Shown: in pieces, positions 10,901-20,004 of the stretch | Position numbering within the stretch: the stretch's first letter is position 1 | Layout: each line of letters opens with the position of its first letter | NCBI RefSeq assembly: GCF_000250635.1 | Contig: NC_016940.1 | Coordinates: 1,224,995-1,288,994, forward strand | Direction of reading: 5' to 3' | DNA length: 64,000 nt | Source: Saprospira grandis str. Lewin | Lineage (GTDB): Bacteria; Bacteroidota; Bacteroidia; Chitinophagales; Saprospiraceae | Translations under genes and position numbers: made by a program | Notes under the pieces: generated by a model | Databases searched by the model: none | What the model saw: the letters and a program-made list of their open reading frames with translations, nothing else | What the model was told of the DNA's origin: nothing

Positions 10901-13632
10901 GGAGCCACTTGGAAAGTGACGGCACCAGCTACACCACATTGGTAGAGGCGAGCTACAGCATCTGTAATAGCGGGAAAATCAGAAGTGGGCGTACCTACAG
11001 TATAAGTACCCACTAGGCCTTGGCAAAGCTCGGCATAGAGCGTATCATTGCTCATACGGTCATCAGTTTGGCCGTTGGGCATGCTGGTCCAGAACACAAA
11101 GTCTACATTTTGGCCAGCGGGGAAGTTAATGCTACTTAGGGTAACATCTACTTCTTGTTGGGGAGCAAGAGGAGCTCCAGTATAGCCAATTGTTCCTTGA
11201 GGCGTTCCGTTGTAGGTCCAATCAATATTGAAAGTTGTCAAATCTTGTACACCAAAGTTACGCACACGTACGGTTACGGCTTGGAAGCCTGCAGTTAGTG
11301 GAGAAACGGGGTTGACCAAAGCGATCACACCAGCATCATTATCTTTGGGGCGGAACTCATCTGCTCCAATATCTACGGTAGTGGCACCAGTAAATGGACG
11401 GCTTTCGCCATCAATATCTACAGTAACGCCAACAGTATTATCTCCAGCATCATTAGCAAAAGCGCCGTCTACGTGTAGGTCCATAGGGCCAAAGAAAACG
11501 GGATCAGCTTCTACAGAGTTAGTGCCATGGCCAAAAGTGTTACTATTTTGCCAAGTCACTACATCAACATAGTTAGAGGTACCAAACTGGATAAAGTTTG
11601 TTCCGGGGTTAAAGCGGAAAAACAGGTTATGGTCCATATCAGTTAGGGCCAAGGCATCGGCATGGCGGAAAGTATAGCCAAAGTCTGAAGTAAAGATATT
11701 GTTCACTGCAGAAACATCAATCAAGTCATTGCCATAGAAAGATGAGCTAGTGGTGCTTGTATTTTTGTTCCAAGTGCTGTTATGGAAAACATCAGTTTCG
11801 TTCACATCATCTAGGTAAATACAATAGAACCCTTCAGCGATAGACATGTTGTTGATCACCTCTCCACGACGGCTAGGGGTCGCATCAAAGTTTCCATCAG
11901 AAATATAGATGCCATAATCTTGTGCATAAACATTATTGCTATTGATACGGAAGTCCATCAAGTCAAGGCAATAAATAGCATCAGAGAAGGTAGAGCGAAG
12001 ATCATTCACTGTGTTTCCGATGATATCGATAGAGTCTTGATCATCCATATAGAAACCATAATCATCTACGCCAGTGATTGTATTATTGATAAAGCGGTTG
12101 CCTACATTGCGGTTAGCGCTAGCGCCCTCAAAGCGGACGGCATAGTCTCCTCCTGTAATGTAGTTGCCTTGGATCAGGTTGTAGTTGGCATTGTCGCCTT
12201 CGCTAGAGGTACTAGTATAACTAGCAGAAGCAAGAATAGCTACGGCATCAACGATACCTGACCGATAAGGCATTGTAATTTGGTTATTGAGGATTTGGTT
12301 ATTATTGGCCGAATTGGTCAAGAATACCCCCCAAATATCGGTAGTTCCGGTACTTTGGATACCTAAGTTTTGGATACGCACCCATTCTACGCCATCTAAA
12401 GCCACAGTAGCATTACCATCTGTGCCAGAACCGTCATGCGTTACAATAGTATTCGCGGCATTTCCACCATCAAAGGTTACCGTATTTACTGCAGAGGCCC
12501 CTATAATAGGGCCAACTAGGGCAATATTTTCGGTATAAGTACCAGGCTGAATATTAAGCGTAACTGGGCCACTGATTCCGCAGCTATACAAAGCGGCAAC
12601 AGCATCTCCGATAGTAGCAAAGTCTGCCGTTGCGCCCCCTACCGTATAAGCCCCATTAAGGCTGGCACAGAAGATAGCAGTCAAGGTATCATTGCCTGTA
12701 AAGTTATCGGCATTACCGTTAGGCAAAGAGGTCCAAGCCTTGATTGTTGTCAAACCATTAGTAAAGTTATAGTTTCCTAGGTTAACGGTTACGCTAGCCT
12801 GAGGAGCCACCAATGTGCTATAATTGACCTGCGTTTGCATGACCCCATTCATTTCCCAGTCAATATTTACTGAGTTAAGGGCATTGGTGCCAAAGTTGGT
12901 TAGAGTTACATCTACGGCTTGATTACCTGCTGTACTGGGTACAGTAGGAGCCACCAAGGCGCTAATTCCAGCATTGTCGGGAACGGGAGGCGTACCTGTA
13001 ATGCTAAAGTCATCTAGAGTAAATCCATCAGAACCTGTGATACTCGTGGCTTGAAAGTTATCAGACCAACCAAAACGCACCTGAAAAGTACTACTAACTA
13101 GCTGGCTATTGGCCGCTAGAGTAGCATCGATATCGATCCCCGTCTCATTAAAATAAACAGCATTGGTTGTGTTTCCAGACCAATCTAGGACCTCAATCCA
13201 AGCATCGGTATTACTTCCTCGGATCCAAACGCGGTCCTCTGGCTGCGACTCATCTCCATGGTCCATCCACCAAAAGCTAAGCTCTAGGTCATTAGAGCCC
13301 AAATAAGTGGAAAGGTCTCCGGTAAAAGTTAAATAAGAAATACCTAAGGTGCTGTTCACTTCTGCATCTAGGGTCATAGCGCGGTTACCGCCATGATAAA
13401 AACCCGCTCCAGCATCAGTACGAAGGCGACAGTTCGTGGTATTTTCTTCAAAATCCCATTGGTAGCCTGTGCCACTAAGGCCAGGAATAGGGTTGGTAGT
13501 GGCTACATAAGTGCCAGCTGTGGCCCCCTCAAAGTCCTCATTATAAGGAAGGGTTAGCTGGGCCTGCGCAGAGGTCCAACTCGCCAAAAGCAGCGCTACA
13601 CAATAGCCTAATTGTGTTAACGTTTTTCGCAT
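7975..13632 (-). CDS. Giant secreted cell-surface protein (1885 aa) with two duplicated parallel beta-helix modules, SprB-type repeats and a T9SS C-terminal domain
   Basis: Signal peptide 'MRKTLTQLGYCVALLLASWTSAQA'. Two near-duplicate ~270-aa modules ('NNQILNNQITMPYRSG...GIYISDGNFDATPSRRGEVINNM' and 'NRIRNNRISATFH...GIYISDGNFDGTITRRGQIINNM') with N/I/T-rich beta-helix periodicity. 'GTYTVTITDDNGC', 'ETYSVTVTDAIGC' and 'GQYEVSVYDQVGC' SprB/HYR-like repeats. C-terminus '...LNLFPNPTQDVAQLQIEL...YLARIIIGEQVLTERIILQK' is Por_Secre_tail-like. Confidence 0.85.
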   Translation of the reverse strand: MRKTLTQLGYCVALLLASWTSAQAQLTLPYNEDFEGATAGTYVATTNPIPGLSGTGYQWDFEENTTNCRLRTDAGAGFYHGGNRAMTLDAEVNSTLGISYLTFTGDLSTYLGSNDLELSFWWMDHGDESQPEDRVWIRGSNTDAWIEVLDWSGNTTNAVYFNETGIDIDATLAANSQLVSSTFQVRFGWSDNFQATSITGSDGFTLDDFSITGTPPVPDNAGISALVAPTVPSTAGNQAVDVTLTNFGTNALNSVNIDWEMNGVMQTQVNYSTLVAPQASVTVNLGNYNFTNGLTTIKAWTSLPNGNADNFTGNDTLTAIFCASLNGAYTVGGATADFATIGDAVAALYSCGISGPVTLNIQPGTYTENIALVGPIIGASAVNTVTFDGGNAANTIVTHDGSGTDGNATVALDGVEWVRIQNLGIQSTGTTDIWGVFLTNSANNNQILNNQITMPYRSGIVDAVAILASASYTSTSSEGDNANYNLIQGNYITGGDYAVRFEGASANRNVGNRFINNTITGVDDYGFYMDDQDSIDIIGNTVNDLRSTFSDAIYCLDLMDFRINSNNVYAQDYGIYISDGNFDATPSRRGEVINNMSIAEGFYCIYLDDVNETDVFHNSTWNKNTSTTSSSFYGNDLIDVSAVNNIFTSDFGYTFRHADALALTDMDHNLFFRFNPGTNFIQFGTSNYVDVVTWQNSNTFGHGTNSVEADPVFFGPMDLHVDGAFANDAGDNTVGVTVDIDGESRPFTGATTVDIGADEFRPKDNDAGVIALVNPVSPLTAGFQAVTVRVRNFGVQDLTTFNIDWTYNGTPQGTIGYTGAPLAPQQEVDVTLSSINFPAGQNVDFVFWTSMPNGQTDDRMSNDTLYAELCQGLVGTYTVGTPTSDFPAITDAVARLYQCGVAGAVTFQVAPGVYTGQQLALVGEISGASMSNTITFDGGDTATTFLTHDASSSQYATVLLDGADYVTVQNFNIATTALSGGDGWGVQLTNGADHNRIRNNRISATFHTSVFDVTPVVISSDYTNDYSEGNNANYTLIENNYISGGEMGIHIEGASAARNKYNRIINNTIVDFDDYGIYVDDQDSLEINYNTIETTVGSTASDAIYCFDIMDFTINYNRVVTEDYGIYISDGNFDGTITRRGQIINNMVFSKSDDALYMDDIQSVDIWHNTLVGSGSTAASGLYMNDPTDLDIRNNIFVADNASAYAFESADALPLAAMDNNVFYKASGTNHIDYGTTTYDLATWQASGPYGYDANSLDIDPQFVANYTDLHVQNIQLNAAGALVGVATDIDGETRPSASTSLPDIGADEITIFTDDAVAVGVDAPSVGTCENANEVLVITLSNNGSNSLSNVPVIVNLNGPNGTQTLSATYAGPLASAAQDTLTVGTFNTTGGGNYCFEIITQLAADANASNDTANICVSIANPNPTFMDDTTCIGNSASLTSMPAGGISWYDQATGGTLLSTDPVFTTPALQVSTTYYAEITSCAGGTTRTPVTATVVSTANLDLGPDATICESNPLGLAAAPGAQSYLWSTGETTPGIVANMEGQYAVTMTDANGCALTDSIQISFFTGPTVSAQLSTLNCGRDGNGAVDITLAGGTAPFSFNWTTGATTEDITGLDVGTYTVTITDDNGCEFTETYPVNGPAPINFSFMANGVDCGNAGTLQLNVQGGTAPYTYNWSNGATTAALSNVLDGETYSVTVTDAIGCTYDESYTISANPALTINVDNIVNESSDFAGSIDVSVSGGVGPYYIVWNTGDTTASINNLVSGQYEVSVYDQVGCSASQTITLAYTQPTNINGVEGLNQLNLFPNPTQDVAQLQIELANEEEVQLTIYNLNGQEVQRFPSQLGRNLNYQINLADYSAGVYLARIIIGEQVLTERIILQK

Positions 13633-13775
13633 CGTTTAAAAGTAAATTTGATGAAGAGTTAATAAAATTGTGAAATCTTCCTAGGTAAAGTTAAGGATTT
13701 TTAAATGGAAAACAAACCCTCTTCTCTCCCCTATCTACTCCCTAAAATTAGATCTGCGACTAGAGGAGCGTAGCG

Positions 13776-13912
13776 ACTGGCTGAGGGATGGATAGCAGGG
13801 CCGCCAAAGGCGGCAGACCAAGGAGCCCAAGGCGACGCAGGGCCGAGCAAGCCTGCGAGCTGCGACACAGCCCGACCCGAGCGAAGCGAGGGGCAGCCCC
13901 AAAAATAGCCCC
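13776..13912. repeat. GC-rich intergenic repeat, variant B, reverse
   Basis: Sequence 'ggctgagggatggatagcagggccgcc...cagggccgagcaagcctgcgagctgcgacacagcccgacccgagcgaagcgaggggcagccccaaaa'. Confidence 0.85.
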
Positions 13913-14009
13913 TAATTTTTCAGAAAAACAGACTTCACACAAAAAAGCAATAAAAAACAAACCGAAAAGCTTAGATATTGTTAGCTTAACAGCTACAATT
14001 TTAAATCTT

Positions 14010-15410
14010 ATGGATATGTCTGCTCTGCCCAAAAAAGCCAAAAGAGTTATTGCTTGGTTTCGCCTAGATTTGCGACTACACGATAATGAAATGCTCACCG
14101 AAGCAATTAAGGCCGGTGAGGAGGTCTACCCTGTCTATGTCTTTGATGAGCGGACCTTTGGCGGCAAGACGGAGTCTGGCTTTGCCAAAACTGGCCCCAG
14201 AAGATGCCAGTTTATTATTGAGGCGGTGGCCGACCTAAAGCAACAACTACAGGCCCTTGGCATCGACCTCCTTATCCGAAGAGGAAAGGCCGAGGAGGAG
14301 GTCTTTAAGCTGGCCCAAGAACTCAAAACGGGCTGGGTGTTTTGTAACCGAGAAAAAACTTATGAGGAGGAACTTCAGCAAAATCGTCTAGAAGAAAAAC
14401 TCTGGTCTATTGGCCAAGAAATTCGCTTTTTTAGAGGGAAAATGCTCTACTATACTCAAGATCTGCCCTTCCCTATTGCCCATACCCCCGATATTTTTAC
14501 GCAGTTTCGCAAGGAGGTGGAAAAACTAACGCCGGTCCGCGCCCCCCTGCCCAAACCCAAGGCTTTTAACCCTTGGAGCCACCGTTTGCCCCTAGGCGAT
14601 TTACCCCAATTGAGCGATTTTGGCTGGGAAATGCCGCCCCAAGATGATCGGACCGTCCTGCAGTTTAAGGGCGGAGAAACAGAGGGACTCAAACGCCTAC
14701 ACTATTATCTCTGGGAGTCGGATTGTATTGCCAGTTATAAGGAAACGAGAAACGGCCTGCTGGGCGCCGATTATTCCTCTAAGTTTTCGCCCTGGCTGGC
14801 CCAAGGCTGCCTTTCGCCCAAACAGATTTATGACGAAATTAAACGCTACGAAAAAGAAAGAACAAAGAATAAATCCACTTATTGGCTCTATTTTGAACTG
14901 CTCTGGCGCGACTTTTTCCGCCTGATGGGCAAAAAATATGGCTCGCAGATTTTCTTGCCCACGGGCCTGCGGGGCAAAAAGAAAAAGAAGCTCTCTAATA
15001 ATATGCAAGCCTTTGAAAGTTGGCTGCTAGGCAAAACCGGACAGCCCTTTATCGACGCCAATATGCGAGAACTGGCCCAAACGGGCTTTATGTCGAACCG
15101 AGGCCGCCAAAATGTAGCCAGCTACCTCATCAACGACCTAAAAGTGAATTGGCAACTGGGCGCAGAATACTTTGAATCGGTCCTGATTGATTATGATGTG
15201 ACCAGCAATTGGGTCAATTGGCTCTATATCGCTGGCCTGGGCAATGACCCCCGAGAAGATCGCTATTTCAACCCCATCAGCCAAAGTAAACGCTATGATC
15301 CCGATGGCGAATATATTCGGCTTTGGCTGCCCGAATTAGCCGCCCTCGATAGCCGAGAAATTCATGAGGCCGATAGCCGAGCGTTTAGCCGAAAAAAACA
15401 TCAACCCTAA
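14010..15410 (+). CDS. Cryptochrome-DASH / photolyase-family protein
   Basis: 'VIAWFRLDLRLHDNEML' (Cry-DASH N-terminal signature WFRNDLRxHDN). Photolyase FAD-binding C-terminal region ('WRDFF', 'TGQPFIDANMREL..TGFMSNRGRQNVASYL'). Start set at ATG 14010 ('MDMSALPKK'); the upstream ORF extension 13788-14009 runs through a repeat. Confidence 0.8.
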   Translation: MDMSALPKKAKRVIAWFRLDLRLHDNEMLTEAIKAGEEVYPVYVFDERTFGGKTESGFAKTGPRRCQFIIEAVADLKQQLQALGIDLLIRRGKAEEEVFKLAQELKTGWVFCNREKTYEEELQQNRLEEKLWSIGQEIRFFRGKMLYYTQDLPFPIAHTPDIFTQFRKEVEKLTPVRAPLPKPKAFNPWSHRLPLGDLPQLSDFGWEMPPQDDRTVLQFKGGETEGLKRLHYYLWESDCIASYKETRNGLLGADYSSKFSPWLAQGCLSPKQIYDEIKRYEKERTKNKSTYWLYFELLWRDFFRLMGKKYGSQIFLPTGLRGKKKKKLSNNMQAFESWLLGKTGQPFIDANMRELAQTGFMSNRGRQNVASYLINDLKVNWQLGAEYFESVLIDYDVTSNWVNWLYIAGLGNDPREDRYFNPISQSKRYDPDGEYIRLWLPELAALDSREIHEADSRAFSRKKHQP

Positions 15411-15435
15411 TGATTAGAGGTCCATTTTTGGACCT

Positions 15436-15592
15436 TTTTTCTTTTTTGGGGCTGCCCCGCCCTGCGGGCGGGTCGGGCTGTGTCGGGGCTCGCAGGTCTG
15501 CTCGGCCCTGTGCGGGCTTTGCCCGCTGGGTCTGCGGCTTCGCCGCCCCCCTTTCCATCCCTCAGCCGAGGCGCTCCGCGCCTCTCGCCCAA
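15436..15592. repeat. GC-rich intergenic repeat, variant B, forward
   Basis: Sequence 'ttttggggctgccccgccctgcgggcgggtcgggctgtgtcggggctcgcaggtctgctcggccctgtgcgggctttgcccgctgggtctgcggcttcgccgcccccctttccatccctcagcc'. Confidence 0.85.
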
Positions 15593-15787
15593 GCTTAGTC
15601 CTTAAGAAGAAATTAAAAGCGAAAAATAGGCTTAAACTCCTTTCAAAACGATTTAATTTTGGCCCAAGTTAGTAGAGCCTAAAAAAATGCCTATTTTAGG
15701 GCCCTTAAACACTAGAAAAATAAAGGTGGCCCAGGCTACCCTATATAATTAACATCCAACCCCTTAAGGGGTCAAAAAATAATACAG

Positions 15788-16783
15788 ATGCAATCTTCGG
15801 CAGATATTCAAGCCCTGAACGAACGCATTTATGCAGAAAGCCAAGTCATCGAGCGCCTATTGGCCGAAACCTCTAAGGTGATTATTGGCCAAGAATACAT
15901 GATTGAGCGCCTGCTAATGGGCCTGTTGACCAAAGGACACGTTCTTCTGGAAGGCTTGCCCGGTTTGGCCAAAACCCTAGCCATCAATACGCTCTCTAAG
16001 GCTATTGATGCGGAGTTTAAACGGATTCAATTTACCCCCGATTTGCTGCCCGCAGATATTTTGGGGACCATGATTTATAATCCCGCCAACAACAGCTTTT
16101 CGGTCCGTAAAGGCCCCATTTTCGCCAACTTTATTCTTGCAGATGAGATTAACCGTGCCCCCGCCAAGGTGCAATCGGCCCTGCTAGAGGCCATGCAAGA
16201 GCGACAGGTCACTATTGGCGAAAAAACCTATAAATTGCAAGAGCCCTTCTTGGTCCTCGCTACCCAAAACCCCATCGAGCAAGAAGGAACTTACCCCTTG
16301 CCCGAGGCCCAAACCGACCGCTTTATGCTCAAGGCCAAAATTGGCTATCCCAAAAAGAGCGAAGAACGCCAAATTATCCGCCTAAATATGAGCGGAGAGT
16401 TTAGCCAGGTCCAAAAAGTAGCCAGTATAGAGGATATTTTGCGCGCCCGCAAAACCGTTCGAGAGGTGTATATGGATGACCGTATCGAGCAGTATATTTT
16501 GGACCTCGTTTTTGCTAGCCGCTTCCCCAAAGAACACGGCCTCGCCCAACTAGAAGATCTCATTACTTATGGAGGCTCACCTCGGGCAAGTATCAACCTG
16601 GCCCTAGCCGCAAAAGCCCATGCCTATATGCGCCGCCGAGGCTATGTGATTCCAGAAGATGTGCAAGCTATTGCCCCCGATGTGCTCCGCCACCGTATTG
16701 GCCTAAGCTATGAGGCCCAAGCCGAAAATATTAGTCAAGAAGATATTATTGAGCAATTGCTCAATAGCGTAAAGGTCCCCTAA
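15788..16783 (+). CDS. MoxR-family AAA+ ATPase (first gene of the Bat aerotolerance operon)
   Basis: 'HVLLEGLPGLAKTLAINTLSKAI' Walker A region and 'ILADEINRAPAKVQSALLEAMQE' Walker B / sensor region typical of MoxR. 331 aa. Confidence 0.9.
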   Translation: MQSSADIQALNERIYAESQVIERLLAETSKVIIGQEYMIERLLMGLLTKGHVLLEGLPGLAKTLAINTLSKAIDAEFKRIQFTPDLLPADILGTMIYNPANNSFSVRKGPIFANFILADEINRAPAKVQSALLEAMQERQVTIGEKTYKLQEPFLVLATQNPIEQEGTYPLPEAQTDRFMLKAKIGYPKKSEERQIIRLNMSGEFSQVQKVASIEDILRARKTVREVYMDDRIEQYILDLVFASRFPKEHGLAQLEDLITYGGSPRASINLALAAKAHAYMRRRGYVIPEDVQAIAPDVLRHRIGLSYEAQAENISQEDIIEQLLNSVKVP

Positions 16784-16785
16784 AG

Positions 16786-17664
16786 ATGAGCCAGCAAGTT
16801 CGAGATTTAATCAAGAAAGTGCGCAAAATCGACTTAAGGACCAGAGGCCTCTCTGCCATGGCCTTTTCGGGCAGTTACAAAACCCATTTTAAGGGTAGAG
16901 GAATGTCCTTTAGCGAGCTGCGCAGCTACCAATATGGAGACGATATCCGAAACATTGATTGGAATGTGACGGCCCGTACAGGTACGCCCTACATTAAGGT
17001 TTTTGAGGAGGAACGAGAGCAGAATTTTATGCTTTTGGTGGATGTGAGTGCCTCCACCAATTTTGGCAGCCATGATGTCAATAAACGAGAGTTTATGGCC
17101 GAGCTGGGCGCCACTTTGGCCCTGGCCGCTATTCGCAACAACGATAAAGTGGGCGTCATCTTTTTTTCAGATAAAATTGAGCAGTATTTGCCGCCAAAAA
17201 AGGGGCGAAACCATGGTTTGCGCATCATTCGGGAGCTCCTGCAATGCCAGTCAGAAAGTCCGCATACAGACATAGACCAAGCCCTGCGCTACCTGACGGG
17301 CCTGATTCGCAAACGCTGCACCGCTTTTCTTTTATCCGACTTTTTGGACCCCAATTATGGCCGCTATCTCAAGGTGGCCGCTAGCCGCCACGATTTGGTC
17401 GGCCTACAGGTCTATGACCCCCGAGAGGTAGAATTGCCCAATTTGGGCCTTTTGCCTATCCGCGATGCCGAAACCGGCAGTTGGCGCTGGATAGACAGCG
17501 CTTCCGCTAGCGTTCGTCAGGCCTATAAAGCTCGTTTTGAGCAACAAACCGCCAGCTTTAAGGAGCAATTTGGAAAACTAGGGCTCGACTCCTTGAGTTT
17601 GTGCAGCGACCAGCCTTTTGTGGGCGCTTTGCGGCAGTTTTTCCAGGAACGTCCGGCCTTATAA
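16786..17664 (+). CDS. DUF58-domain protein (partner of MoxR)
   Basis: 'GMSFSELRSYQYGDDIRNIDWNVTARTGTPYIK' is the canonical DUF58 motif. Starts 3 bp after the MoxR stop. Confidence 0.85.
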   Translation: MSQQVRDLIKKVRKIDLRTRGLSAMAFSGSYKTHFKGRGMSFSELRSYQYGDDIRNIDWNVTARTGTPYIKVFEEEREQNFMLLVDVSASTNFGSHDVNKREFMAELGATLALAAIRNNDKVGVIFFSDKIEQYLPPKKGRNHGLRIIRELLQCQSESPHTDIDQALRYLTGLIRKRCTAFLLSDFLDPNYGRYLKVAASRHDLVGLQVYDPREVELPNLGLLPIRDAETGSWRWIDSASASVRQAYKARFEQQTASFKEQFGKLGLDSLSLCSDQPFVGALRQFFQERPAL

Positions 17665-17680
17665 ATGATTAGAAACTACC

Positions 17681-18979
17681 ATGATGCACCGCCTCCTTTT
17701 GTGGATTCCTTATATATTTTATTGTTTTTATTCTATGCTAAGTAGGATTTGGGGCCTCCTGCCTTCGGCAGGCGCTATGTTCGGCAGCTCGCAAGTCTGC
17801 TCGGCCCTGCGGCCCTACGGGCCTGGGTCTGCGGCTGCGCCGCACTGCCTACCAGCGCTAGGCCCTGCCCGCCCTCGGCCCAATAACGTCCTACAGGCGG
17901 CGATAGCCGCCGCAGGCCTAGGGATGGAAAGCGGTGGCCGAAGGCCAGACCGAGGCGGCTTTGCCGCCGAAGGGCCGAGCGAAGAGCGAGCCGCGACACA
18001 GCCCGCCGCCAAGGCCGCAGGCCTGCAGCGGAGGCCCCAACTCCTGCTGATTATCCTTACCTTTTTACTGCCTGTACTGGCTTCTGCCCAAGCCAATATT
18101 CAGTTTTTGGTGGATAGTACAGAGTTGTTGATTGGCGACCAATTGACGGCTCGGATGCGGCTAGAAAGTCGAGAAGATGTACTGGTCCGCCTGCCCAACC
18201 CTACGGTATATTGGGATGATGACTTAGTGGAAGTCATTCGACTTTCGGATCAATTGGAGGAGATTAGCCCTGATGGATTAAATAGTTTTGAGAAAAAGAT
18301 CACTTTTACCTTTTGGGATACGGGCCATTATCAGCTGCCCGATTTGCCCATTTTGTATCAGAAAGATGGACAAATAGACAGTCTTTGGTTGAAAGTGCCC
18401 CTGATTCGGGTCAAGTTTCCGCCGGGCATTCGGGGCGATTCTAGTTATGTTGCACCGATTAAGGACATTATGGATGAGCCGCAGAATTTTATAGAAAAGC
18501 TGCTAGAATGGTTCTTCTTTTATCTGCCAATTGTTGCGGTAGTTTTTCTCATTTTGTTTGCTAGTGTCTTGGGCTTTTTGGCCTATTTGCTCTACAAAAA
18601 AGCGCAGGCTAGAAAAACCTACAAAACGCCTGAAGAGCGGGCACGTATAGCCCTAAAAAAGCTATTGGCCAAGGGCTATTTGGAGCGAGAAGAATGGGCA
18701 GAATTTCATACGGGCATCAGTTGGATTATCCGGAGTTATTTGCGGCTTCGTTTTAGAGTTCGGGCTTTAGAGGCCACCACTAATCAGCTATTAGATCGGC
18801 TAAATTATGAGCATCTAGAGCAGAGTTTACTCTTAGAATTGAGAGAAGTACTAGAAACTGCGGATTTGGTCAAATATGCCAAGGCTTCGCCTTTGGCGGC
18901 GGCCAATGATTTTTCCTTAAAATTTATCCATAAAATGTTGGAATATGTAGAGCGGCAGGAAGCCCTCCGCAATCGTTAA
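17681..18979 (+). CDS. Bat-operon membrane protein (DUF4381-like); true start uncertain
   Basis: Central TM segment 'WFFFYLPIVAVVFLILFASVLGFLAYLLY'. The N-terminal ~120 codons of the ORF call are occupied by two back-to-back GC-rich repeat copies (17745-18045), so the annotated ATG at 17681 is doubtful. A signal-like 'LLLIILTFLLPVLASAQA' follows the repeat with no in-frame ATG. Confidence 0.55.
   Translation: MMHRLLLWIPYIFYCFYSMLSRIWGLLPSAGAMFGSSQVCSALRPYGPGSAAAPHCLPALGPARPRPNNVLQAAIAAAGLGMESGGRRPDRGGFAAEGPSEERAATQPAAKAAGLQRRPQLLLIILTFLLPVLASAQANIQFLVDSTELLIGDQLTARMRLESREDVLVRLPNPTVYWDDDLVEVIRLSDQLEEISPDGLNSFEKKITFTFWDTGHYQLPDLPILYQKDGQIDSLWLKVPLIRVKFPPGIRGDSSYVAPIKDIMDEPQNFIEKLLEWFFFYLPIVAVVFLILFASVLGFLAYLLYKKAQARKTYKTPEERARIALKKLLAKGYLEREEWAEFHTGISWIIRSYLRLRFRVRALEATTNQLLDRLNYEHLEQSLLLELREVLETADLVKYAKASPLAAANDFSLKFIHKMLEYVERQEALRNR
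17745..18045. repeat. Two adjacent GC-rich repeat copies (forward then reverse) lying inside the 5' end of an ORF call
   Basis: Sequence 'ggggcctcctgccttcggcaggcgctatgttcggcagctcgcaagtctgctcggccctgcgg...' then '...ggtggccgaaggccagaccgaggcggctttgccgccgaagggccgagcgaagagcgagccgcg...gcggaggccccaa'. Confidence 0.8.
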
Positions 18980-18993
18980 AATTAAGCAAAAGC

Positions 18994-19995
18994 ATGTCAG
19001 GTCTTACATCTATTATATTTGCACAAGCTTGGGTCTTGCTTCTTTTGCCCTTACTGTCTTTATTTTGGTATTGGCGGAAGCGGAGAGCCTATTATCCTGA
19101 CTTAGAGTTATCTTCTACGGCGGGTTTGGGCCCGGCTAAGAGTTGGCGAAGTCGTTTGCGGCCCATATTGCCTCGGTTGCAGCTCTTTGTTTTGGGGAGT
19201 TTGATTTTGGCCTTGGCTCGTCCGCAGAAAGTCTTGGTCAAGGAAAACATCAAGGCGGATGGCATTGACATTGTGGTGGCCTTAGATGTATCGAGTAGTA
19301 TGTTGGCTCGGGACTTTAAGGAAGACCGTTTGGATGCTTCTAAGCGGGTGGTGCAGCGCTTTGTTGACCAGCGGCCCTACGATCGTTTGGGCTTGGTGCT
19401 CTTTGCGGGCCGCAGCTACACCCAATGTCCGCTAACGACCGATCATGGCATGCTCAAGCAGCTGATTAGTCGGGTAGAATGTGGCTTAATTGAAGAGGGG
19501 ACGGCCATTGGGATGGGCTTGGCCAATGCGGTTCGGCGTTTACAAAAGAGCCAGGTCAAGAGCAAAGTAATCATCTTATTGACCGATGGAGTGAATAACT
19601 CGGGGAAGATTCCGCCTTTGGTGGCCGTAGAAGCCGCCAAAAAGCTGGGGATAAAGGTCTATACCATTGGAGTAGGGACCAGAGGGCGGGCCTTGGCGCC
19701 TATTTACCGCAAGGCCAATGGCAGCTTTGTATTTAGCCCCACCGAGGTAGAAATTGACGAAAAGCTTTTGCAGCAAATTGCAGAAAGCACCAGTGGGCTT
19801 TATTTTCGGGCCACAGATGAAAAAAGCCTAGAGAAAATTTACGCTCAGATTGACAAATTGGAGCGCTCTAAAATTGAGAAAGAGACCTTTATTCGTCATC
19901 GGGAACTGTACCAATACTTTCTCTTTTTCGCAGTGATTTTACTGTTCCTTCATCTTATTCTTCAACAAACGGTATTGCGTAGCATCGTCCAATAG
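18994..19995 (+). CDS. batA: BatA (von Willebrand factor A domain membrane protein, aerotolerance operon)
   Basis: Two N-terminal TM helices, then VWA MIDAS 'DIVVALDVSSSM' and 'IILLTDGVNNSG', and a C-terminal TM. Operon context after MoxR/DUF58. Confidence 0.85.
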   Translation: MSGLTSIIFAQAWVLLLLPLLSLFWYWRKRRAYYPDLELSSTAGLGPAKSWRSRLRPILPRLQLFVLGSLILALARPQKVLVKENIKADGIDIVVALDVSSSMLARDFKEDRLDASKRVVQRFVDQRPYDRLGLVLFAGRSYTQCPLTTDHGMLKQLISRVECGLIEEGTAIGMGLANAVRRLQKSQVKSKVIILLTDGVNNSGKIPPLVAVEAAKKLGIKVYTIGVGTRGRALAPIYRKANGSFVFSPTEVEIDEKLLQQIAESTSGLYFRATDEKSLEKIYAQIDKLERSKIEKETFIRHRELYQYFLFFAVILLFLHLILQQTVLRSIVQ

Positions 19996-20004
19996 TCTTT
20001 TATT

